From assembly GCA_947175875.1 (NCBI GenBank), contig CAMWON010000003.1:72746-136745 (forward strand): 64,000 nucleotides of DNA, read 5' to 3'. How positions within the stretch are numbered: position 1 is the stretch's first letter; each line of letters starts with the position of its first letter. Position numbers and translations under genes: made by a program. The DNA is from an uncultured Alphaproteobacteria bacterium. Its GTDB lineage: Bacteria > Pseudomonadota > Alphaproteobacteria > Rs-D84. Positions 26,284-36,656 of this stretch are shown here, one piece after another. A model generated the notes under the pieces. The model was not told the origin of the DNA. It searched no databases and was given only the letters and a program-made list of their open reading frames with translations.

Positions 26284-27702
26284 ATGAAGTATTCAGATTC
26301 ATATGATTTTAAGTATAGTGGATTTACCGTATCCCGCTATAATATTGAGGATTATATTGCTGCGTTGCCCGGTAACGGCGGGCGGTTTGGGCGTCGCACC
26401 ATGTACTACCATTCATATGGCATAGTAGAAAGCATGATACGTTCCATTGCGTCCGATGATTTCGAATTTAATCCAAACGACAAGGGTATGTGTCGCCTGT
26501 TGGAGGAAATGATTCGTAAAGGTGGGCACGACCGTGGGGTATATTCGGAAAGTGCGCACATGGCAATGCGTAATTTATGCATCGCCCAGGGAAAAAATCC
26601 GGACAACCATTTGCTGTATGACAAAACTATTTCCGGCAGAATCAGCCAGGCTACGTCAAAAATAAAGGGCCTGTTTGGTTTCGGCAAAAAGAAACATGGC
26701 GCGGCACCGGCGGAATCCGAGCCCGCACAGGTTGTTGATGTGCCCGCTGAATCCACGCCTGTGTCGCACATTGACACCGATGTGGATGTTGCGGTTGAAC
26801 CGGCCCCGGTTCAGCAGCAGACCGTACCCGACACCGTCATTGAACCGGGTGTCGATGTTCCTGCCACTGATGCGGTTGCAGATACGCAGCCCCAAAAATC
26901 ATCCCGCAAAGCTAATATATTGTACAACATGGCGGCAACTGTGGCCGGGATTGCTGCGATTGGCGCTCTTGTTTTGACGGGTGGGCGTGCAAACAATATG
27001 AATGGTGATGCGGCGCCGGTGGATTCGGTACCGACGTTTAAAACAGTGTCTATGGGTGATACATCACGCACCATGACCCAGGTATATAATCTGGGTGACT
27101 TTGCAAATCAGGCCCGTAATGCGACTATCCCGACATTGAATACGGCCAGGGCACCGCGCACACCAGTCACATCGGTACGTCCGGCCACACATGTCGCGCC
27201 GGTCGTAACCTCGGCCGCGCCGGCCAAGAAGGTGACCAAGCGGGCCCCGACCGCATCGCGTGTCGCGACTGATTCCGTAGCGGTACAGTTGACCCGGGCC
27301 AGCAAAAGTTCCCTGAACATTCTGCTGGGGACCAAAAAGGCCGATGAATTGTGCCGTCGTGTGCAGTCCCAGATAGATGCCGGCATTTTTGCCGCGCCGA
27401 ACGGCATGTCGGCCGAACGCATTGCGCATGCCATGACAATGAGCCGTGTATATGAAGGTAAAAGTGTTATTTTGGATGCGTTGAATTCCACGGTCGCGCT
27501 GACCCCGGCCCAACAGGCGGCCTTTAATCAGCATATTGATGAAATCGGCGATATGGGCGTGAAAATCCAAAAACGCATGGCGTCCAAGCATAAGCTGTCA
27601 AATCACAGTCGTTTTGACCGTGCATCCCATGCGCAGCAGACGGTGCATATCAAAAACGTGAAACAATTGAAACAGTTTCGAAAACTGGCACGCACACGCT
27701 GA
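26284..27702 (+). CDS. hypothetical Pro/Ala/Thr/Val-rich protein with one central TM helix
   Basis: The start is set downstream of a terminator-like hairpin at 26185-26208 that lies inside the longer ORF (26161). There is low-complexity PAxxTPV-type sequence and a TM ILYNMAATVAGIAAIGALVL. Confidence 0.45.
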   Translation: MKYSDSYDFKYSGFTVSRYNIEDYIAALPGNGGRFGRRTMYYHSYGIVESMIRSIASDDFEFNPNDKGMCRLLEEMIRKGGHDRGVYSESAHMAMRNLCIAQGKNPDNHLLYDKTISGRISQATSKIKGLFGFGKKKHGAAPAESEPAQVVDVPAESTPVSHIDTDVDVAVEPAPVQQQTVPDTVIEPGVDVPATDAVADTQPQKSSRKANILYNMAATVAGIAAIGALVLTGGRANNMNGDAAPVDSVPTFKTVSMGDTSRTMTQVYNLGDFANQARNATIPTLNTARAPRTPVTSVRPATHVAPVVTSAAPAKKVTKRAPTASRVATDSVAVQLTRASKSSLNILLGTKKADELCRRVQSQIDAGIFAAPNGMSAERIAHAMTMSRVYEGKSVILDALNSTVALTPAQQAAFNQHIDEIGDMGVKIQKRMASKHKLSNHSRFDRASHAQQTVHIKNVKQLKQFRKLARTR

Positions 27703-27705
27703 CAA

Positions 27706-27737
27706 TAAAACGCCCGAACCGGGCGTTTTATTTTTTA
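27706..27737. terminator. intrinsic terminator AAAACGCCCGAACCGGGCGTTTTATTTTTT
   Basis: GC hairpin plus T-run immediately after the stop at 27702. Confidence 0.55.
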
Positions 27738-27800
27738 CTATCCTTGTTTATATTCTTTGTGCCAATATTGGCATGCATATATAAATACAGGACAGGAAAA

Positions 27801-30407
27801 ATGAAATTCAAGGGGTTGACCGCCGCCCAGGCGACGGCCAGTCGCAACAAGCACGGTGCAAACATAATCCCGGCACCCGCGCCGAAATCCGCATGGTATT
27901 TCTTTGTGGATATTTTTCGCGACAAGATAAATCTTATTTTGTTAATAATGATGCTGTTGTTCGTCGGTCTGGCCTTGGCTGGCGTCGGCGACATGTACGA
28001 GGCGATTGGCATCGGCGCGGTTCTGATTATCGTATCTGTAATCGGTGTTCGCACACAGCTGCGTGCCCAGAAAAGTGCGCGCGACCTGCAGATGGCCGTT
28101 AATCTGCATTACTGTAATGTTCTGCGCGGCGGTAAAATACAAAACATAAAAAGTACGGATGTCGTTGTCGGTGATATTGTGCAAATTACCGCCGGCCAGG
28201 CATTGTGTGCCGACGGATATTTAATAGACGGCGCAATCGCCGTAAACAACGCCATATTGAACGGGGAATCCGACGACTGTGAAAAAAGCCCCGTTCCCGG
28301 ATTTGTATATCGGCCCAAACAGCGCGTCACCGCCGAAGACTATATCGACCAAAACAGCGTTTTTGCCGGCACCACCGTGCAGAGCGGCGCGGGATTGATG
28401 CGTGTAACGCATGTCGGCGTGCAAACCCAGAACGCCCAGATATTGGGCAGTTTAAATGTAATAGAAACGGTAAAAACATCCCTTCAGATACAGCTGGACA
28501 ATCTGGCGGCGCGTATTGGAAAAATAGGCTCGGTCTCTGCGGTGGCAATATTCGCAGTATTGATATTGACGCAGTATTTGGCGGGCTCCTTTGCCGGAAA
28601 TGTCAATGATATTCGTATGCTGCTGGGCGATTTAACCGTGGCGCTGACCATATTTGTGGCGGCGGTTCCCGAAGGGCTGCCGTTCATCATCAGCATAATC
28701 ATCAGCCGCAATGCCGCCCAGATGGCCCGGAATCATATCCTGCCGAAAAATCCGCAAAAGATTCCGGCGGCGGGTAACCTGCATATAATATGCACGGATA
28801 AAACGGGAACGTTAACCCGTGGCAGCCTGTCGGTAACGGAAAATTTCTTAGGGGATGATACGATATTAGGGCAGGATGCCGCGGCATGGGATATATATGC
28901 GCACAGTGCCGTGCTAAACAATGGCGCCGTATATGATGCGGCGGACAACCCCGCCGGCGGGAACAGTACAGACCGTGCCATACTGGCGTCGGTACCGGCG
29001 GATGTTGCGCATGATATAATGCGGCGCTTTGCCATAATCCGTAATGTCCCGTTCAGCAGTGCGACCAAATTCGCCAAAACGGTCGTGCGCGATGCGGGGA
29101 CGGGAACCGAAAAAACGTTCGTTCGTGGCGCCACGGAAATCATTTTGAAACACTGTACGCATTATATTGACCATAATGGTAAAAGGCATCGTTTAAAGCC
29201 TGAATTAACAGATGAAATACAGAAACGTATTGCCGCGAAATCATTGCGCATGGTCGCCGCCGCATATATCGACGGGGCCGACAATGATGACAATATTCCG
29301 GGAAATATGACGCTGGTTTCCATTACCGCAATGCGGGACGAATTGCGTCCCGGTGTCACGGATGCGATTGGCATGCTGGGGCGTGCGGGCATTCAGACAA
29401 TTATGATAACCGGCGACAATCCGGATACTGCGCGCGCCATTGCGGCCGACTGTGGAATAATAAACGAGCGTCATGATATTGTGATAACCGCAACTGAAAT
29501 GGACGGGCATACCGACGAATGGCTGGCAAAAAATCTGAGCCGGATAAAGGTTATTGCGCGCGCGACGCCGGGCGCCAAACTGCGTGTGGTATCGGTGGCC
29601 CAGTCCATGAATAAAAGCATCGGCATGTGCGGTGACGGAACGAACGACGCGCCGGCATTGCGCCGTGCGGACGTGGGTTTTGCAATGGGCGACGGGACCG
29701 ACGTCGCCAAAGAGGCCGGCGATATCATCATCACGGACAACAATTTTGTATCGGTTGCCAAATGCGTGCTTGTCGGGCGCACATTCCTGCATAATGTCGT
29801 CAGCTTTCTGCGGTTCCAGTTGCCTATAAATTTCTCTTTGGTGGCGCTGTGCATCGCGTTCCCGTTAATAATCGGGGGCGAGGCATTAACCGCGGTCCAG
29901 ATACTGATAATCAATATTGTAATGGACAGTCTAAATTCGCTTTCATTCGGTGGCGAGGCGCCCCGTGACGAATACATGCGCCATCCGGCCCCGCCAAAGG
30001 ATGCGCCGCTGCTATCGCGTCGCGTTATCGGGGATGTCGCCGTTTCCACGCTTATATTTATCGGTATCTTTGCGGTGATAATGACGCCGCCGGTGCGCGC
30101 AATGTTTCCTGCCCCCGCACAATACGATGCGGCCAGATTCGCACTGCTGGTCATAATGTCGATATTGAACGGATTTAATATCCGGGTTGACGGATACAAC
30201 CTGCTGTCGGGACTGCGCCAAAATCCGATGTTCCTGTATGTGGCGGTCGGCGTTATTGGCGCCGCGGTGCTGCTGGTATCGTTCGGGGGCGCGGCCATGG
30301 GTGTGGCGCCGCTGGGGCCGCTGCAGTGGGGAATTGTATTCGGCCTGGGTATAATGGTTCTGCCGTTGGATATGCTGCGTAAAAGATTCCTGCGACGCCG
30401 TCCGTAA
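27801..30407 (+). CDS. P-type cation-transporting ATPase (P2-type, Ca2+/Mg2+-like)
   Basis: Phosphorylation motif ICTDKTGTLT, TGDN, hinge MCGDGTNDAPAL and 10 TM helices. The start is set at the ATG at 27801 with an AGGAAAA RBS. Confidence 0.85.
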   Translation: MKFKGLTAAQATASRNKHGANIIPAPAPKSAWYFFVDIFRDKINLILLIMMLLFVGLALAGVGDMYEAIGIGAVLIIVSVIGVRTQLRAQKSARDLQMAVNLHYCNVLRGGKIQNIKSTDVVVGDIVQITAGQALCADGYLIDGAIAVNNAILNGESDDCEKSPVPGFVYRPKQRVTAEDYIDQNSVFAGTTVQSGAGLMRVTHVGVQTQNAQILGSLNVIETVKTSLQIQLDNLAARIGKIGSVSAVAIFAVLILTQYLAGSFAGNVNDIRMLLGDLTVALTIFVAAVPEGLPFIISIIISRNAAQMARNHILPKNPQKIPAAGNLHIICTDKTGTLTRGSLSVTENFLGDDTILGQDAAAWDIYAHSAVLNNGAVYDAADNPAGGNSTDRAILASVPADVAHDIMRRFAIIRNVPFSSATKFAKTVVRDAGTGTEKTFVRGATEIILKHCTHYIDHNGKRHRLKPELTDEIQKRIAAKSLRMVAAAYIDGADNDDNIPGNMTLVSITAMRDELRPGVTDAIGMLGRAGIQTIMITGDNPDTARAIAADCGIINERHDIVITATEMDGHTDEWLAKNLSRIKVIARATPGAKLRVVSVAQSMNKSIGMCGDGTNDAPALRRADVGFAMGDGTDVAKEAGDIIITDNNFVSVAKCVLVGRTFLHNVVSFLRFQLPINFSLVALCIAFPLIIGGEALTAVQILIINIVMDSLNSLSFGGEAPRDEYMRHPAPPKDAPLLSRRVIGDVAVSTLIFIGIFAVIMTPPVRAMFPAPAQYDAARFALLVIMSILNGFNIRVDGYNLLSGLRQNPMFLYVAVGVIGAAVLLVSFGGAAMGVAPLGPLQWGIVFGLGIMVLPLDMLRKRFLRRRP

Positions 30408-30460
30408 TTGGCATATCCTTCCTATATACTTTGGATATGCCGCTACGCCATAATTAAGGT

Positions 30461-31546
30461 ATGTCCACGAAAAAAATACTTCCCGCGCTGCTGGTGGGTT
30501 TATCCCTGATGCATGCGAACAGGGCCGATGCCTGTACGGGTATCACCCTGAAATCCGACGACGGTTCAACTGTTGTCGCCCGTACAATCGACTGGTCCGG
30601 CACAAAAATGAACAACATTTATGTTGTATCGCCGCGCAATCATACTGTTCGTGCCATAACGCCGGCCGGCGCGGATACTGGCCTGGAATTTACCTCAAAA
30701 TACGGGTTTGTAGGCCTGGGTATGGAACAGTCTGAATTTGTCGTTGACGGCATGAACGAGGCCGGCCTGTCCGCTGCGCTGTTTTATTTCCCCAATTATG
30801 GCGGGTACGAGTCCTTTAATCGTGACACCGCCGACAGCACGATAGGCGACCTGCAGCTGGTTTCATGGATTCTTTCCAGTTTTTCCACCATTGATGAAGT
30901 CCAGGATGCGATAAAGAACGTCCATATCGTGAATATTTACCCCGATGCGTTGACGGTCCACTGGCGTATAACAGACAGCACCGGCCGCCAGGTCGTATTG
31001 GAGATAGAAGACGGCGTCCCTCACTTTTATGAAAGTGAAATCGGTGTCTTAACAAATTCGCCAAGCTATCCGTGGCAGGTAACAAATCTGAACAATTATG
31101 TAAATTTAAACCCCGGAACGGCGGGGCCGTCAAAGCTGGGGGCGTTAACGTTGCGGGCGTTTGGTGCCGGCAGTGGGATGCACGGCCTGCCGGGTGATTT
31201 CTCGCCGCCATCACGTTTTGTGCGCGCTGCATTTTTGTCGTCTTTTAACATTCCGTTAAAGACGGGATATGACGCGTCCATGCATGCGTTCCATATTTTG
31301 AATAATTTTGATGTGCCCTTGGCGGTGCAGTATAGCCGTGGCGCCAAACTGCCGGATATGCCGTCCGCGACCCAGTGGACGATAGCCACCGACATGCGCG
31401 CCCGTATGATATACTATCGCACAATGTATAACAGCGTAATTCGTTCCATAAACATGAACGATATCGATTTCGATAATGTCGAGTTCCAGTGGCATCCGCT
31501 GGACAGCGTCGAACGTGAAACGATAATTCCTGTGACGATACAGTAA
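30461..31546 (+). CDS. choloylglycine hydrolase family protein (Ntn-hydrolase, linear amide C-N hydrolase)
   Basis: The signal peptide is followed directly by the nucleophile Cys in ADA|CTGITLKSDDGSTVVARTIDW, typical of bile-salt hydrolase / penicillin V acylase enzymes. Confidence 0.7.
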   Translation: MSTKKILPALLVGLSLMHANRADACTGITLKSDDGSTVVARTIDWSGTKMNNIYVVSPRNHTVRAITPAGADTGLEFTSKYGFVGLGMEQSEFVVDGMNEAGLSAALFYFPNYGGYESFNRDTADSTIGDLQLVSWILSSFSTIDEVQDAIKNVHIVNIYPDALTVHWRITDSTGRQVVLEIEDGVPHFYESEIGVLTNSPSYPWQVTNLNNYVNLNPGTAGPSKLGALTLRAFGAGSGMHGLPGDFSPPSRFVRAAFLSSFNIPLKTGYDASMHAFHILNNFDVPLAVQYSRGAKLPDMPSATQWTIATDMRARMIYYRTMYNSVIRSINMNDIDFDNVEFQWHPLDSVERETIIPVTIQ

Positions 31547-31570
31547 AGAACGGGGGCTTGCCCCCGTTTG

Positions 31571-32608
31571 TTATTTGTATTTCAGCGCATCAATCGGATC
31601 AAACGCCTTGTTGCGCCCGTATTTCAATTTTATCGGCCCCTTTGGCGTGTTCATGGTCGCCGCATGATTTGTATTGTGCAGCTCGTAATGCAAATGGGTT
31701 ATGTCGATGCCCATACGGAAGGGTTTGCCTTGCTTTTTCAGCCCCAGACTGCCACCGGTGTATCCCATTGTCCCGATTTGACAGCCGGCTTGAACACGTT
31801 GCCCCTGGGTCACCAGTACAGAGTTCAAATGCATATACCACGATTCAAATCCGTCGGCATGCTTTATAACGATATAATTGCCGGCTGTTGACTGTGGGGT
31901 GTCCCGCTTAACTATTGAAACCACGCCGTCGGCGGTGGCAAATATCGGGGTGTCAAAATACTTTTTATTACATCCCAAATCATTCCCCTGATGGGTGTGG
32001 CCGCCGCCGCGATTAACCGCAAATCCGGAACATACCAGCCCGCGCTGTGCCTTGTCATAAATATCCAGATTCGGCGCCACCGGCACCCCCAGCGGTAATG
32101 TCTGGCCGCGCGGAATGTGTGGGTGCGTCGTCGCACAATATGTCCCCGGCGCGCCTGTCGGTGTCTGCGGTGTTGTGGCCGGGGGCTGTGTGGCGGGTGC
32201 GGTCGGCGCCGCCTGGGGCGCGGTGGCGACATTATTATTGTTGTTATTGGCGTTTGAATTTTGCTGGGTGTTTTGTGACGGCGCCTGTTGCGTGACAACC
32301 GTCGTGTCCGGAACATAAGGCTTGCATTCGGGCGCGTTTGCACCCGGTCCCATACAGTATATCTCGTGCTCTTTTTCTATGCGCTCCACTTCGTCCGCCA
32401 ATGCATCATTTAGAGGTTGCAGTTGAATGCTCATATATGCGCTGGCGTCTTTATAGGGGGCGTATCCGGCCGCTTTGTTTTCGGTCTGGGCCGAAAAAGA
32501 AACGTCGCCAGCGGTTGTCGGAAATTTTTCCGCGGTTAAAAATCCGGCGTTCGCTGTACCGACCGTCAAAATACCCGAAATGAATAAGAAGCGTAAAACA
32601 ATTGCCAT
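31571..32608 (-). CDS. secreted M23 family metallopeptidase
   Basis: Signal peptide MAIVLRFLFISGILTVGTANA. Asn/Pro/Thr-rich low-complexity linker. The M23 motifs HTHQGND, GYTGG and HLHYELH are present. Confidence 0.75.
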   Translation of the reverse strand: MAIVLRFLFISGILTVGTANAGFLTAEKFPTTAGDVSFSAQTENKAAGYAPYKDASAYMSIQLQPLNDALADEVERIEKEHEIYCMGPGANAPECKPYVPDTTVVTQQAPSQNTQQNSNANNNNNNVATAPQAAPTAPATQPPATTPQTPTGAPGTYCATTHPHIPRGQTLPLGVPVAPNLDIYDKAQRGLVCSGFAVNRGGGHTHQGNDLGCNKKYFDTPIFATADGVVSIVKRDTPQSTAGNYIVIKHADGFESWYMHLNSVLVTQGQRVQAGCQIGTMGYTGGSLGLKKQGKPFRMGIDITHLHYELHNTNHAATMNTPKGPIKLKYGRNKAFDPIDALKYK

Positions 32609-32707
32609 GTGTTTAATATTAAATATATTGCCGCGGCCGTACAAGAGAAATATTGATTTTGTATATTAAACATTGACAAAATATAATATTTGTATTATAT
32701 TTTAAGT

Positions 32708-33400
32708 ATGAAAGATATAACAATTGTTCCTATTTTTAATCAGTCGGTCCCGGGTGTCTGGGAAGATTTTGCATACATCTGCGCAGATACAATGCGCACG
32801 AATTATAATTATAAAGTTGATGGCGCTGAAATCACAGAGGCGATTAATAAAGACCGTGCCAAGTGGCGCCGCGGTACGCATTTTGCATTTGGTGCATACG
32901 ACGATAATGAAATGATAGGATATATCCAGGGCGATGCGACTGGTCGCTGCGCGACCATACAGTCACTGTATGTGTTGGCCGATTACCAGAAATTGCACAT
33001 CGGCCGTCGCTTGTTGCAACAGGTCGAGCGTGCGGCCACATTGTTCGCCAATCGTGTGGAATTGACCGCCCTGGTAAAGGCCGAGCCTTTTTATCGTGCG
33101 CACGGTTACAGCAATATGTACAGCAATGTTTACGCCAAGACCTTGCCAAATGCGCCGCGCTGTGAATGCCTGCCGGTATTTAAATGCGCGGGTGCGATGA
33201 CAAAACAGCTAATTGCATTGAGCCCGGACTTTGACGCCGCGGCGATAAATAAAGAGCACTTGCCCGCGTTCGCATATTTTGACGTGAACAGCAAGATTGT
33301 CGGATATGCGGCGGGGGAAAATATTGTTATTAGCCGTGGATGCGGCTTATCGGATATTGTCCGGTCCAGCCTGGTTCGAAACATTGCAAAGGTCAGATAA
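32708..33400 (+). CDS. putative GNAT-family N-acetyltransferase
   Basis: Weak acetyl-CoA binding-like segment LYVLADYQKLHIGRRLLQQVE. The call is tentative. Confidence 0.35.
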   Translation: MKDITIVPIFNQSVPGVWEDFAYICADTMRTNYNYKVDGAEITEAINKDRAKWRRGTHFAFGAYDDNEMIGYIQGDATGRCATIQSLYVLADYQKLHIGRRLLQQVERAATLFANRVELTALVKAEPFYRAHGYSNMYSNVYAKTLPNAPRCECLPVFKCAGAMTKQLIALSPDFDAAAINKEHLPAFAYFDVNSKIVGYAAGENIVISRGCGLSDIVRSSLVRNIAKVR

Positions 33401-33439
33401 TTAAAAATCCCCGCAACCCGCGGGGATTTTTACATCGCC

Positions 33440-35059
33440 TTACATCATTCCGGGCATGCCTGCCGGCATCTGTGCGCCGGCCGGTTTTTCTTCCGGTATT
33501 TCAGACATCACTGCGCCTGTCGTCAACAGTACGCCCGCGGTGCTGGCTGCCGCCGCCAGGGCTGTTTTTACAACCTTTGCCGGGTCGATGATGCCGGCCT
33601 TCATCATATCGACATACTCGCCTGTCTGGGCGTTGTATCCCATGTTATAGTCTTTGGCCTCGGATACCTTGCCGACGACGATTTCGCCGGATACGCCTGC
33701 GTTTTCGGCAATCTGGGCGCATGGTGCGGACAGTGCGCGGCGAACAATGTCAATACCGACATTCTGGTCGGTGTTGTCACCGGTAACGCCGTCCAACGCC
33801 GCAATCGCGCGTACCAGCGCAACGCCGCCGCCGGCGACAATTCCGCCCTCAACCGCGGCGCGTGTCGCCGCCAGTGCGTCGTCAACACGGTCTTTCTTTT
33901 CCTTTACCTCAACCTCGGTCATGCCGCCGACCTTGATAACAGCGACGCCGCCCACCAGTTTGGCCAGGCGTTCCGCCAATTTCTCGCGGTCATAATCGCT
34001 GGTGGTTGTCGCCATTGCGTTACGAATTTCATCCGCGCGCGCCGCAATCGCCTTTTTGTCGCCCCCACCATGGGCCAGCAATGTCGAATCCTTGCCGACG
34101 ACGACTTTTTTCGCCGTCCCCAGTACGTCCATTGATATATTGTCAAACGTCATTCCCATATCGTCGGAAATAACCGTCGCGCCTGTTACAATCGCAATGT
34201 CTTTCAGCATTTCCTTGCGGCGGTCGCCAAATCCGGGCGCCTTTACCGCACATACCTTCAGCCCACCGCGCAACCGGTTCAGAACCAGTGTCGCCAGCGC
34301 CTCTGACTCAACATCTTCGGCAATAATCAGCAGCGGGCGCCCCGACTGTGCAATCGGTTCCAGTATCGGCAACAGCGCCTGCAGCCCCGTAATTTTCTTT
34401 TCAGACACCAAAATCTGGGCGCCTTCCAGTTCCGCCAGCATTTTTTCGCTGTTCGTCACGAAATAGGGCGACATAAAGCCCTGCGCGAACTGCATGCCCT
34501 CAACAACGTCGATTTCCGTATCCAGACCCTTGGCCTCTTCAACGGTAATAACGCCTTCCTTGCCGACTTTTTCCATCGCCGCGGCGATTTTTTCACCGAT
34601 GTCGCGGTCCGAATTGGCGGATATTGTCGCAACCTGGGCGATTTCCGCACTGTCTTTGACCGGGCGCGCATGTTTGTCGATATCCGCCACAACCTTTGCC
34701 GTCGCAATGTCGATACCGCGCTTGATGTCCATCGGATTCATGCCCGCCGCGATGACACGACGGCCCTCGCGAATCAATTTCTGGGCCAGAACAGTCGCTG
34801 TTGTCGTGCCGTCGCCCGCATCGTCGCCCGCTTTCTTTGCAACCTCTTGAACCATGCGTGCACCGATATTTTCCTGTGGATCGCTCAGGGACACCGCCTT
34901 TGCAACCGTTACGCCGTCCTTGGTCGCCGCCGGCGCGCCGTATGATTTTTCAATAACGACCGTGCGGCCCTTTGGGCCCATTGTAATTTTTACCGCATTG
35001 GCCAGTTTATCTACCCCGGCCGCCAGTTTGTCTGTATTAAATACGATTTCTTTTGCCAT
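33440..35059 (-). CDS. groL: chaperonin GroEL
   Basis: Canonical [10 protein letters not shown]...AAVEEGIVAGGG and a C-terminal GGM repeat (PAGMPGMM). Confidence 0.95.
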   Translation of the reverse strand: MAKEIVFNTDKLAAGVDKLANAVKITMGPKGRTVVIEKSYGAPAATKDGVTVAKAVSLSDPQENIGARMVQEVAKKAGDDAGDGTTTATVLAQKLIREGRRVIAAGMNPMDIKRGIDIATAKVVADIDKHARPVKDSAEIAQVATISANSDRDIGEKIAAAMEKVGKEGVITVEEAKGLDTEIDVVEGMQFAQGFMSPYFVTNSEKMLAELEGAQILVSEKKITGLQALLPILEPIAQSGRPLLIIAEDVESEALATLVLNRLRGGLKVCAVKAPGFGDRRKEMLKDIAIVTGATVISDDMGMTFDNISMDVLGTAKKVVVGKDSTLLAHGGGDKKAIAARADEIRNAMATTTSDYDREKLAERLAKLVGGVAVIKVGGMTEVEVKEKKDRVDDALAATRAAVEGGIVAGGGVALVRAIAALDGVTGDNTDQNVGIDIVRRALSAPCAQIAENAGVSGEIVVGKVSEAKDYNMGYNAQTGEYVDMMKAGIIDPAKVVKTALAAAASTAGVLLTTGAVMSEIPEEKPAGAQMPAGMPGMM

Positions 35060-35075
35060 TTGTCTTATTCCTTTC

Positions 35076-35363
35076 TTATTTCAAAATACCCAGGATATCG
35101 CTTTCTTTGATAATGACATAGTCGTGTCCGTCAATTTTAACCTCGTTCGCGCTGGACGCCCATTTGGCAAACATAACGACGTCGCCCGGGGCCACTGTCA
35201 TGGGGATGCGTGTGCCGTTGGATACCTCGCCGTCGCCTGTTGCGATTACGCGTCCGCGAGACGGCTTTTCTTTTGCGTTATCAGGGATTATGATACCGCC
35301 GGCGGTCTTGGTTTCTTCTTCCATCCGTTCCAGCAGAACATAGTTGTTTAATGGTTTTAGCAT
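35076..35363 (-). CDS. groS: co-chaperonin GroES
   Basis: [13 protein letters not shown]...GGIIIPD at the start with an AGGAG RBS. It lies immediately upstream of groEL. Confidence 0.9.
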   Translation of the reverse strand: MLKPLNNYVLLERMEEETKTAGGIIIPDNAKEKPSRGRVIATGDGEVSNGTRIPMTVAPGDVVMFAKWASSANEVKIDGHDYVIIKESDILGILK

Positions 35364-35473
35364 TTTGTCTCCTTTGCTGTACGCTTGATATAGTTCAGCA
35401 TTGCCCGATTTCAAGTCTTGCTTTCAGGTCTTCAGTGTACTATCCTGAACCCAATCAGACAAGGGGAATAAAT

Positions 35474-35854
35474 ATGTATGACAAAGACAATGTGTTTGCC
35501 AAAATCGCGCGCGGTGAAATTCCGTGCCAAAAGGTGTTCGAGAATGAACACGCGTTAAGTTTCAATGATGTAAATCCGCTGTTTGCGACGCATGTCTTGG
35601 TTATCCCAAAGGGGCCGTATATGAACATTTTGGATTTTACCACAAACGCCACCCCGGCCGAGCAGGCGGGTTTCTGGGAATGCTTCAAGGAAAGCGCCCG
35701 TTTGTTGGGGATAGAAGATAATTTCAATGTCTTTGCCAATTCTGGTGCCGCCGCGCCGTTCTTTACCCAGTCGGTGTTTCATTTTCATCTGCATCTGGTG
35801 TCTGGCCCGCGCAATGACATGTTTCGCAAGATTGTGGGGGACATGTGCAAATAA
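35474..35854 (+). CDS. HIT family hydrolase
   Basis: Histidine triad HFHLHLV. The start MYDKDNVFAKIARGEIPC is typical of HinT. Confidence 0.8.
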   Translation: MYDKDNVFAKIARGEIPCQKVFENEHALSFNDVNPLFATHVLVIPKGPYMNILDFTTNATPAEQAGFWECFKESARLLGIEDNFNVFANSGAAAPFFTQSVFHFHLHLVSGPRNDMFRKIVGDMCK

Positions 35855-36060
35855 GCGTCCGTGTTGTTCCGCGTGCGCGTCGTAATGCGGTTGAACCGCA
35901 ACAGGGCGGCACTTATCGCGTTTATACCACCGCGGCGCCGGCCGACGGCGATGCCAATGCTGCGGTGATAAAAATGCTGTCAAAGCACCTTGGGGTGCCC
36001 AAAAGCACAATAAAAATAATTCGCGGGCAAACCGCCCGCGATAAAGTTATTGAATATTAG
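35845..36060 (+). CDS. DUF167 (YggU/UPF0235) family protein
   Basis: The 71-aa sequence MQISVRVVPRARRNAVE...AADGDANAAVIKMLSKHLGVPKSTIKIIRG matches the YggU-type pattern. Confidence 0.6.
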   Translation: MQISVRVVPRARRNAVEPQQGGTYRVYTTAAPADGDANAAVIKMLSKHLGVPKSTIKIIRGQTARDKVIEY

Positions 36061-36611
36061 TAATTCAGTACTTTTTCCATCAGCTCTTCCGGCGTCGTCG
36101 CCCCGTGCAGGTTATAATCTTCGGGATGAACGAAAAAGCCCGTATTTTTCATATGCACCAACAGGCGTGCAAACGGCGCCCAGAAATGTGCGGTGTTCAT
36201 AAAGAACAGGGGCTTGTTCGTCTCGCCAATCTGCTGCATTGTCATAATGTCGGTCAATTCGTTCAGCGTTCCCGTTCCCCCCGGCAGGATAATAAACGCA
36301 TCGGACAACTCGAACATCTTCTGCTTGCGCTCGTTGACACCGTTGACAATTTCAAATGCTTGAATCCCTTCGTGCATGGGCTCTTGCTTTGCCACGACGT
36401 CGTGCGTTGTGATGCCCGTTACATGGCCGCCGTTTTCCAGCGCCGCCGTCGCCACCGTTCCCATCAGGCCGACATTTCCGCCACCGAATACCATTTTTAT
36501 CCCGTTTTGTGCCAGCATCGCGCCGATTTTTGCCGCATCGCGCGCAAATGCCGGGTCTGTACCGTACTGATGCCCGCAATATACCGCAACCGATTTTAAT
36601 TTCCCTGCCAT
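36057..36611 (-). CDS. LOG family protein (cytokinin riboside 5'-monophosphate phosphoribohydrolase-like, TIGR00730)
   Basis: Motifs GGGNVGLMG and PGGTGTLNE are present. Confidence 0.75.
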   Translation of the reverse strand: MAGKLKSVAVYCGHQYGTDPAFARDAAKIGAMLAQNGIKMVFGGGNVGLMGTVATAALENGGHVTGITTHDVVAKQEPMHEGIQAFEIVNGVNERKQKMFELSDAFIILPGGTGTLNELTDIMTMQQIGETNKPLFFMNTAHFWAPFARLLVHMKNTGFFVHPEDYNLHGATTPEELMEKVLNY

Positions 36612-36656
36612 GTTTTTCCTTTATTTTTGCGAATTATAGCATAAAATAGCCACGCT

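Noticed and set aside
27064-27591. Minus-strand ORFs (175, 127, 90 aa) inside the Pro/Ala-rich gene 26284-27702
   Set aside because: They are antisense frames of a GC-rich low-complexity region. The sense strand has a promoter, RBS and terminator consistent with a single plus-strand gene.
31912-32343. Arg/Pro-rich 143-aa ORF and small ORFs 32047-32318 overlapping the M23 peptidase gene
   Set aside because: They lie in the low-complexity linker-coding region of the peptidase. Alternative frames of repetitive CCG/ACC tracts give spurious open frames.
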